Positions 39,132 to 45,024 of a DNA stretch of 45,024 nt are shown piece by piece; positions within the stretch are counted from its first letter, which is position 1, and every line of letters begins with the position of its first letter. Source of the DNA: Candidatus Methanomethylicia archaeon. Its GTDB lineage: Archaea > Thermoproteota > Methanomethylicia > Nezhaarchaeales > B40-G2. The notes beneath the pieces are model-generated. The model did no database searches and was not told where the DNA came from. It worked only from the letters and a program-made list of their open reading frames with translations. Location of the stretch: positions 1-45,024 of the forward strand of contig JAPDJI010000007.1 of the NCBI GenBank assembly GCA_029259155.1, read 5' to 3'. The translations under genes and the position numbers were made by a program.

Positions 39132-39446
39132 GTGGCGACCAAAAACATGGCAAAGGCACAGGGCAAACTATGCCTAGTAGCCAACTCTAAGGTGTTAGCC
39201 AAAACCTTCTCATGGAAAGTTCTAGGTGTATTGACCTTATTCATAGTATCCTACATGCTCACTGGCTCACCGGTAGCTTCAGGAACTATCGCCCTAACCT
39301 ACCACTTACTAAACACAGTTCTATACTATCTTCATGAGAAAGCCTGGGAAGGACATCATCCTTCAGTTAAAGCCTTCTTGGCTTCGTTAACTTCCTTCAT
39401 ACTCAGTACGCTGCTACTGGTCTGGCTAGCCTTTCCTACTCCGTAA
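39132..39446 (+). CDS. DUF2061-like small membrane protein (start may be ATG 39147)
   Basis: LAKTFSWK......LYYLHEKAW pattern. Confidence 0.75.
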   Translation: MATKNMAKAQGKLCLVANSKVLAKTFSWKVLGVLTLFIVSYMLTGSPVASGTIALTYHLLNTVLYYLHEKAWEGHHPSVKAFLASLTSFILSTLLLVWLAFPTP

Positions 39447-39460
39447 ACCTATGAACCCCT

Positions 39461-39934
39461 TTAGATGAACACGTCAAGCGTGTTAAACCTCTCTTGGCAG
39501 GCTTCCTTGGGGACGTAGCCTTCATCAACCTTTAGCAGCGGAGGCTCACAGCCATAATGTTCCTTGCTTGATAGCTGTCTCAGCATCTTAGCTACGGTGG
39601 CTCGGCTCGGTGGATCTATACCTACGTAGATGCTCAGCTTGACTACTTCTCCTTGAACCTCGCTGGGTTTCACCGGCCTAGAAAGCTTCCTATAGGCTTC
39701 GAGAGCTGCTCGATACACGAGCCTCCTCATAGACTCCACGTCGACCCTACGCACACCATTATACATGTAAGGATGTTCGTCTAGGTTTAAGTCGGAGGCC
39801 CAGTGGGGGAATTGAGCTCCTGCGTTCTTCATAGCCCTAAGAACTCGTTTAAGCTTAAAGACCTCCGTCTTCAACCTATCATACTGAGCCTTATAGAAGC
39901 TTAAAGCTCTCTTGAGCTCCTCTACCTCATCCAA
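39461..39934 (-). CDS. Hypothetical protein: N-terminal coiled coil plus probable winged helix
   Basis: Heptad-like N-terminus; RPVKPSEV..PPSRATVAKMLRQL..LLKV.EGYVP; GAGGTGG SD upstream. Confidence 0.75.
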   Translation of the reverse strand: MDEVEELKRALSFYKAQYDRLKTEVFKLKRVLRAMKNAGAQFPHWASDLNLDEHPYMYNGVRRVDVESMRRLVYRAALEAYRKLSRPVKPSEVQGEVVKLSIYVGIDPPSRATVAKMLRQLSSKEHYGCEPPLLKVDEGYVPKEACQERFNTLDVFI

Positions 39935-39943
39935 CGAGGACCT

Positions 39944-40010
39944 GCCTCCACCTCAAGGAGACAAAAGTACTATGTCCGGTAATACTATTTATCTCCTTGG
40001 GGTTGGAGGC
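39944..40010. repeat. 67-bp imperfect inverted repeat
   Basis: GCCTCCACCTCAAGGAGA ... TCTCCTTGGGGTTGGAGGC (18 pairs, one bulge, one G-T) plus inner AAA/TTT and AGTA/TACT pairing. Confidence 0.8.
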
Positions 40011-40130
40011 TATGTTCATTCATCTTAAGCCCATGTTAAACCTTAACTTGAAGCAGATAGCCTAGCACAGGCCACTTAACTTTGATAAATTCCTGTTAAG
40101 TATAGGTTATAGCAGGCTGGAGGCTGCTCC

Positions 40131-41108
40131 ATGAAGTTGCTTGATCATTATAGAGAATGGCGGAAAATGGCGGAGAAAATCCTCAAAGAAGAGGTAGAGA
40201 ACCTTAAGCCCTTGAAGTTCAAGGCAATAGCCTTTACAGGAATGGGCGGCTCAGGCATAGTAGGCGACTACGTCAAGTCTTTCTTACAGGATGTATCGAG
40301 GACCCCCATAATCGTAGTCAAAGACCTTTATTTACCCACTTGGATAGGGAAAGATTGGCTAGTAGTAGCAGTATCTTACTCAGGAAATACTTCAGAGACG
40401 CTTAGTGCGGTGAAGGAAGCGCTGTCTAAGGAAGCTTACGTAGCAGCGGTATCGTCCGGAGGAAAGTTGCTAGAGCTGATGGATAAGGAGAGGCTACCTT
40501 ATGTTAAGGTAGGGGGAGGCTACGCCCCAAGGTCTGCGTTACCTTTACTGCTATATGCCAGCTTAAAGCTGCTTGATGAGCTAGGACTAAGCATACCTAT
40601 GAATCAAGTACAGGAAAGCCTGGATGTGCTGGGAGGAGTAAAGGAGGCTGAAGACGAAGGGAAGAGTATAGCTGAAGCACTGAAAGGATATACGCCTATC
40701 ATAGTGTCCGATGTAAGGTATGAAGCATTAGCTTGGAGGTTCAAGAGCGAGCTTAACGAAAACGCTAAGATCGTAGCTAAATGTGAAACAGTTCCTGAAT
40801 CCATGCATAACGACGTCGAAGGCTACGAGGAAGCCTCATCTAAGTTCAAAGCACTTCTACTAAGCGCTCATGACGACACGGTCTACACAAAGGTGCTCGA
40901 GAAGTTTATTGAAGAGCTTCTCAAGGAAAAAGGGTTTAAGCCGTATAGGCTCGAGCTTAAAGGTAAAGGTAGGTTGGCTAAACTAATGCACGGCGCTCAC
41001 GTCGCAGGCTTCACTTCACTATACCTGGCCGAGAAGTGTAAAGTCGAGCCGGTGAAAGTAGAGCTAATAGCTAGGTACCGAAAGTTCCTCGAAGAAGCTT
41101 TACCTTAA
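40131..41108 (+). CDS. Bifunctional phosphoglucose/phosphomannose isomerase
   Basis: GMGGSG, SYSGNT.ET, SGG.L, PR.A, R.K..LNENAK, PE..HN. Confidence 0.95.
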   Translation: MKLLDHYREWRKMAEKILKEEVENLKPLKFKAIAFTGMGGSGIVGDYVKSFLQDVSRTPIIVVKDLYLPTWIGKDWLVVAVSYSGNTSETLSAVKEALSKEAYVAAVSSGGKLLELMDKERLPYVKVGGGYAPRSALPLLLYASLKLLDELGLSIPMNQVQESLDVLGGVKEAEDEGKSIAEALKGYTPIIVSDVRYEALAWRFKSELNENAKIVAKCETVPESMHNDVEGYEEASSKFKALLLSAHDDTVYTKVLEKFIEELLKEKGFKPYRLELKGKGRLAKLMHGAHVAGFTSLYLAEKCKVEPVKVELIARYRKFLEEALP

Positions 41109-41253
41109 AGCAAGATAGAGCTTAAAGTAAACTTCCAAGTTATTTATATCTCCTAACGCATCGAGGCTCAATAGACATGGAAGAGAAACGGCCAGACGAG
41201 AGGGAGCCTTATTTAAGAGTGGCAGTATAATAGTATATTTGGAACTAGAGGAA

Positions 41254-41448
41254 ATGTCCAAGAAACATGAAGTAAGGGAAGAGTTTCTCTGCGAAAAATG
41301 CTATATGTTCGATGGATGGGCAGAGCATAGAAATCCCAGGGGGATGAGGCTAGTGAAATGTAGAGCTATTGATGCATATGTACAACCACCGTATGAGCGC
41401 TGTCCTGCTTTTCTTTCAAAAGCTATAGGGATTCAAAGGTCTTCTTGA
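41254..41448 (+). CDS. Small Cys-rich (probable Zn-binding) protein
   Basis: CEKC-x19-C-x13-C; GAGG SD before ATG 41254; AT-rich TATA-like sequence upstream. Confidence 0.6.
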   Translation: MSKKHEVREEFLCEKCYMFDGWAEHRNPRGMRLVKCRAIDAYVQPPYERCPAFLSKAIGIQRSS

Positions 41449-42262
41449 GGAAGAGGGCATCTCCCTCTATGTTAGGCGACTCAGATATTATCACTCCTTC
41501 CACGTGAAAGTCCTTTAAAGCCTTAGCTAAAGCCTCGTAGTTATAATCGGACTCCTCCAAGTTAACATGTTTAATCTCGCCTCTCTCTCCATACTCTATG
41601 CCCGAGAAATGCATGTGCATGTTCTTTAAACACTCCTCCCCTAGCTCCTTCTCCAAGAGAATGAAGATGGAAGAGATCTCATCATAGGTGTTGTAGCCGC
41701 CGTTAGTCCTCGCATGGAGATGAGCAAAGTCTATGCAAGGCAGGACACCTTCTATCTCTTGGCTTAAGTCCACCACCTCGTGCAAGTTACCATACTCAGC
41801 TAAGCCGCCAGCCGTCTCAGGCCTGACCCATACCGTTACACCCTCGTCTCTAAGCTCCTTCATCAGTCTTTTCAACGATCTCTTCACTTTTTCATGCACC
41901 GCCGAGGGCTCGTCATCACCATAATACGCTGGATGGAAAGTGATAGACCATCCCCCGCATTTATGAGCCACCCTAGCCGTGTCCATGATGCGTTTAATGC
42001 TGGCTTCAACTTTTTCCTCATCCGGTGAGTTAAGGTTTACATAGTAAGGTGCATGAGCTGTTAAAACGACGTTAACCTCCTCACTCACCTTCTTAACCTC
42101 CTCAGTTAGCTTATCGCTCATCCTAACCCCTCTAACGAACTCCAGCTCCATGGCGTCCAGGCCTAGAGCCTTAACGGTCTTTATGCCCTCTACGCTGGAA
42201 GGTTTAGGGCTAGCTATAGGAACCCCAGCGGTGCCGAAGAGGAGGCCTTTAAGCTTCTGCAA
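41423..42262 (-). CDS. nfo: Endonuclease IV-family AP endonuclease (TIM barrel)
   Basis: FGTAG.P, E.EFV.GV, HAPYYVNL, FHP, PET.G, CIDFAH, HMHFSGI, GE.KH, ISESP. Confidence 0.9.
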   Translation of the reverse strand: MQKLKGLLFGTAGVPIASPKPSSVEGIKTVKALGLDAMELEFVRGVRMSDKLTEEVKKVSEEVNVVLTAHAPYYVNLNSPDEEKVEASIKRIMDTARVAHKCGGWSITFHPAYYGDDEPSAVHEKVKRSLKRLMKELRDEGVTVWVRPETAGGLAEYGNLHEVVDLSQEIEGVLPCIDFAHLHARTNGGYNTYDEISSIFILLEKELGEECLKNMHMHFSGIEYGERGEIKHVNLEESDYNYEALAKALKDFHVEGVIISESPNIEGDALFLKKTFESL

Positions 42263-42475
42263 GGCTCTTCCCTGATGGAAGAAGGCTTAGTATAGTATTT
42301 CAGCCTTACTTCTCCTTGGCCGTTGATTGAAGTAGACGTAGGGAAGTAGAAGTGATGTTAGTCTTTTAATCCTCTGAACACATCAGGTTTGTTCATAGAT
42401 CTTTGCTCACTTGATTTAGTAGCAGTAGTAAAAATTATAAACTCGACTGGCCTTCCAAATGGCCGGTGTCGGTTC

Positions 42476-42742
42476 ATGTCCGAGCTATACGCTCGTATAA
42501 TGGCTAACGATGTGCAGAAGGAGATCATAAAGAACTTGAAGGAAGGTGAGAAGACCACAAGCCAGTTAACGGAAGCGATCAATAAACTGACCCCTACAGG
42601 CATTCCACCCTTAACCGTCTACCTTCAGGCCTGGTTTCTAGAACAGAAAGGTCTCATCTCAAGCACGGGTGAAGGGATCGAACGAACCTATAGGCTTACC
42701 GATAAGTGGAAGGAGCTGGAGGCCCAGGCCCAGAAGAGTTAA
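42476..42742 (+). CDS. Small winged-helix protein (ArsR/PadR-like)
   Basis: EII..L..GEKT.SQL..I..TVY....LE.KGLI....TYRLT; ATG 42476 follows AAAAATTATAAA, so the TTG 42389 extension is rejected. Confidence 0.8.
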   Translation: MSELYARIMANDVQKEIIKNLKEGEKTTSQLTEAINKLTPTGIPPLTVYLQAWFLEQKGLISSTGEGIERTYRLTDKWKELEAQAQKS

Positions 42743-42777
42743 TGATTTTTTCAAAGGTTATTTTGTTTGGACCTTAA

Positions 42778-43488
42778 ATGGGTGAGCTAGGCGATTTTCC
42801 AAAGCTTACGTTGAAAGAACTCCCTTCTCTAATCGACTACTCAGTGCTTAGACCGGAAGCTACACTCAGCGACGTGGAGAAAGCATGCTACGCTGCTTTA
42901 AAATATGGCTTCGCGGCGGTGTGCGTTAACTCTTTCCACGTTGACTTAGCGTACTTCCTCCTAAAAGGAAGCCCAGTTAAAGTATGCGTTACCGTGGGCT
43001 TCCCGTTGGGGGCTACGCTTAGCGAGGTTAAGGCCTATGAGGCAGCTGAAGCTGTACATAGAGGAGCGAGGGAAGTAGATTTCGTAATTAACCTAGGCCT
43101 AATAAAATCAGGCTGCTTCAAGGAGGCTCTAGGCGATGCTAAAGCTGTGGTAGATGCTGTAAGATCAGCGGAGCCAGAAACGGTCATTAAGATGATAATT
43201 GAATCTAGGCTGCTAAACATGGAAGAAAAAGCGTTAGCCTGTAGGGTAGCGAGGGAGGCCAAAGTAGACTATGTTAAGACCTGTACAGGCTTTACGTCCT
43301 GTCAAGCCCATCCTGATGACGTGGTGCTTCTCACGAAGCTTGCTCCGGGCTTGAAGATCAAGGCGTCGGGAGGGATAAGGACCCTGAGCCAAGTCTTAGC
43401 CTTAGTGAAAGCTGGAGCATCAAGGATAGGTACGAGCTCCGCTGTGGAAATAATGCTTGAAGCCCAGCGAGCCTTGCCTACAAACTAA
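42778..43488 (+). CDS. deoC: Deoxyribose-phosphate aldolase
   Basis: IDYS.L, VGFPLG, GA.EVD.V, KMIIE, VKTCTGF, IKASGGIR, RIGTS. Confidence 0.95.
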   Translation: MGELGDFPKLTLKELPSLIDYSVLRPEATLSDVEKACYAALKYGFAAVCVNSFHVDLAYFLLKGSPVKVCVTVGFPLGATLSEVKAYEAAEAVHRGAREVDFVINLGLIKSGCFKEALGDAKAVVDAVRSAEPETVIKMIIESRLLNMEEKALACRVAREAKVDYVKTCTGFTSCQAHPDDVVLLTKLAPGLKIKASGGIRTLSQVLALVKAGASRIGTSSAVEIMLEAQRALPTN

Positions 43489-43537
43489 GACTACGCGCTT
43501 AGTACAGGGTATGAAGCACCTTAGGATTAATGAACCA

Positions 43538-43553
43538 GAAAAAGCTTTTATCA
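43538..43553 (+). promoter_or_regulatory. BRE/TATA promoter of tRNA-Val
   Basis: GAAAAAGCTTTTATCA ending about 22 nt before the mature tRNA 5' end. Confidence 0.65.
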
Positions 43554-43574
43554 CGTTTGAGACCGAGCTCTAAC

Positions 43575-43648
43575 GGGCCGGTCGTCTAGCTGGTTAGGAT
43601 AACCGCCTTACACGCGGTTGGTCCCCGGTTCGAACCCGGGCCGGCCCA
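43575..43648 (+). tRNA. tRNA-Val(TAC), no intron, CCA not encoded
   Basis: Acceptor GGGCCGG/CCGGCCC+A; anticodon arm ACCGC-CTTACAC-GCGGT; T arm CCCGG-TTCGAAC-CCGGG. Confidence 0.97.
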
Positions 43649-43651
43649 TAA

Positions 43652-43675
43652 TTTTCTCGCCATCTGAAAGGTGGC
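43652..43675 (+). terminator. Pyrimidine tract plus small hairpin after the tRNA
   Basis: TTTTCTC followed by GCCATCT-GAA-AGGTGGC. Confidence 0.4.
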
Positions 43676-43774
43676 AGCTCCAACTTTCAATCTCACCGCT
43701 ACTTAAAATATTATACCAGTCTCTATAAGAATGTACTATGTTTACTCCGTATATCACCCTGGAGGAGGCTTTAG

Positions 43775-43961
43775 CTAAGTCCTCAGCTACCCGGCTATAC
43801 CTTGGAAATAGCTGCAGGCCGTGCCTATGACCGACCCCAACGCTACGCCAGCGAACACCTTATAGGCGGTTACGCCTACGTGGTGCCAGCTTTCGCGCAA
43901 GGAGAAGATGTTAATTAAAGGCCAATAGAGTCGAAGCTGGGTCTGGGAAGAGAGGTGAGCT
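43775..43961 (-). pseudogene. Frameshifted fragment of an SsuC/TauC/NitT-type ABC permease
   Basis: Manual translation: SSPLFPDPASTLLA / frameshift near 43918 / LINIFSLRESWHHVGVTAYKVFAGVALGSVIGTA; no start codon and no C-terminal part. Confidence 0.6.
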
Positions 43962-44094
43962 ATAGTACTTTTATCTAGATTATTTCATTATTATATGACA
44001 ATTTTTAATTTAGCAGTTGTACTTTACGATTTAACCTTTAATCGAAGACCACTATTTGACCGTTGCGTCCTCTATTCATAGGACCTCCAACTTT

Positions 44095-44124
44095 ACCCAT
44101 AACTCTTCAGCTAGGGTTATGGGT
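44095..44124. repeat. 12-bp-stem hairpin
   Basis: ACCCATAACTCT-TCAGCT-AGGGTTATGGGT (one G-T pair). Confidence 0.65.
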
Positions 44125-44294
44125 CGTGGGTGCACTTACCCTGAGCAGAATGCGGATGTGTTGTGAACTGGCCTTAAAAAACACGCACGATGCTAAACCC
44201 TTTCTATACTTCTTCAAGTATTAGGTAATTTAACTAAATTACATCGACCAATGGCTCGGCTTTCTCCATTAACGCCTTAATTTTCTTTTTATGC

Positions 44295-44741
44295 TCACGT
44301 AACATCTACAATTATTGCTCCTTGATACTCGACTATCTTTTCAGGGTTAAGCTTCGACAACCTCTCTATACTTCCTCCGCCACCAATTACGAATTCGTTT
44401 TCAAGAACTCTTGGATCCACTATGGTCTTAACCTCTACTCCAATCGGTGGCACGGCTCCTACTTCAAAACCTGTTATCCTCCTAACCTCTTCAGGCGTTG
44501 CAAGCCTAGTGTTGCCGAAAATTTTTGTAAGCTTAGTTAGATTGACCTTTGATTCACCGTCCACTATAACTAATATAGGCCCTTCTTGAGAGATAAAGAG
44601 CAAGGATTTTATTATCTGCTTCGGCTTCGATTTCGTCGCTTTAACGGCTTGCCCTACAGTTTTAACGGGCTTTCCTACACTTATTATTTCCCCACCCATT
44701 TCTTCAATTAACTCCTCGAGGGACTCCTTAACCATCCACAC
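44295..44741 (-). CDS. YbaK/EbsC-family aminoacyl-tRNA deacylase
   Basis: QIIKSL, LATPEEV...TG..VGAVPPIG, GGG; GGAGGG SD upstream. Confidence 0.92.
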   Translation of the reverse strand: MWMVKESLEELIEEMGGEIISVGKPVKTVGQAVKATKSKPKQIIKSLLFISQEGPILVIVDGESKVNLTKLTKIFGNTRLATPEEVRRITGFEVGAVPPIGVEVKTIVDPRVLENEFVIGGGGSIERLSKLNPEKIVEYQGAIIVDVT

Positions 44742-45024
44742 CTACCCTCCTTCCCTCTTCAAAAGGCAGGACGGGGAGATCTTTATACTTGTCTTTTTAG
44801 CTGGTGGAGCTGCGGGTCTAATTCTTTTAGGTCATTGAAAGGTGTCGCCTGCCCCTTAATGCTCTAGTCCACGTCTTACGACCCTTAACTTAGTCCTCCA
44901 CCCCCCCTTTTTTCCATGGTTTACCTAATCCGCTCATGGATGAGCAAACGGGCTAGTCTTCAAGCCGGGGACCGCCTTACCTACTTCCTATTTACCTTTA
45001 AGGCTTTACGGCGATCCTGATTTC

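Noticed and set aside
42340-42400. GTGATGT...CTGA as a C/D sRNA or fluoride-riboswitch-like element
   Set aside because: Imperfect C box, no second box pair and no riboswitch pseudoknot complementarity.
42358-42603. Minus-strand 81-aa ORF and the TTG 42389 extension of the wHTH gene
   Set aside because: Both overlap the TATA box and coding region of the better-supported 42476-42742 gene.
553-44540. Numerous 60-160 aa ORFs antisense to or nested in called genes (e.g. 553-864, 6906-7226, 16246-16611, 20142-20576, 33936-34415, 34851-35213)
   Set aside because: They lie wholly or almost wholly opposite well-conserved genes, have Ser/Thr/Pro-rich shadow composition and no motifs.
1-45024. CRISPR array, rRNA, integrase/transposase, tRNA intron
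   Set aside because: No regularly spaced repeats or recognisable motifs seen by eye; the tRNA folds without an intron.

Overview
A gene-dense archaeal chromosome segment. TATA/BRE-type promoters, GAGGTG-type SD sites, AGG-rich Arg codons and the gene content suggest a thermophilic TACK/Thermoproteota-type archaeon; the taxon is my inference. It holds about 44 CDSs and one intron-less tRNA-Val(TAC). Most is housekeeping: hisD-H-A-(DHH)-F and hisIE, leuB/leuD-like genes, a homocitrate-synthase-family gene, glyA, pgi/pmi, deoC, endonuclease IV, Hef and Hrq1-like helicases, Clp1 kinase, trehalose genes, and an ABC-2 exporter with a COG1361-like surface protein. The best candidate for an undescribed system is a two-gene unit at 2328-5772. 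It pairs an exported 3-TM membrane protein with an overlapping 894-aa protein that fuses two classic-clade AAA modules (Cdc48/Vps4-like, no Cdc48 N-domain) to a Lon (S16) Ser-Lys protease domain. Other notable items are a thiolase lacking its HDCF and GHP motifs next to a DUF35-HMG-CoA synthase fusion, hisA apparently needing an ACG/CTG start, a DHH phosphoesterase inside the his operon, a 67-bp inverted repeat over an orphan gene's promoter, and a decayed AT-richer segment after the tRNA. I saw no CRISPR array, rRNA, integrase or transposase. All calls come from motif reading by eye; no searches were run.
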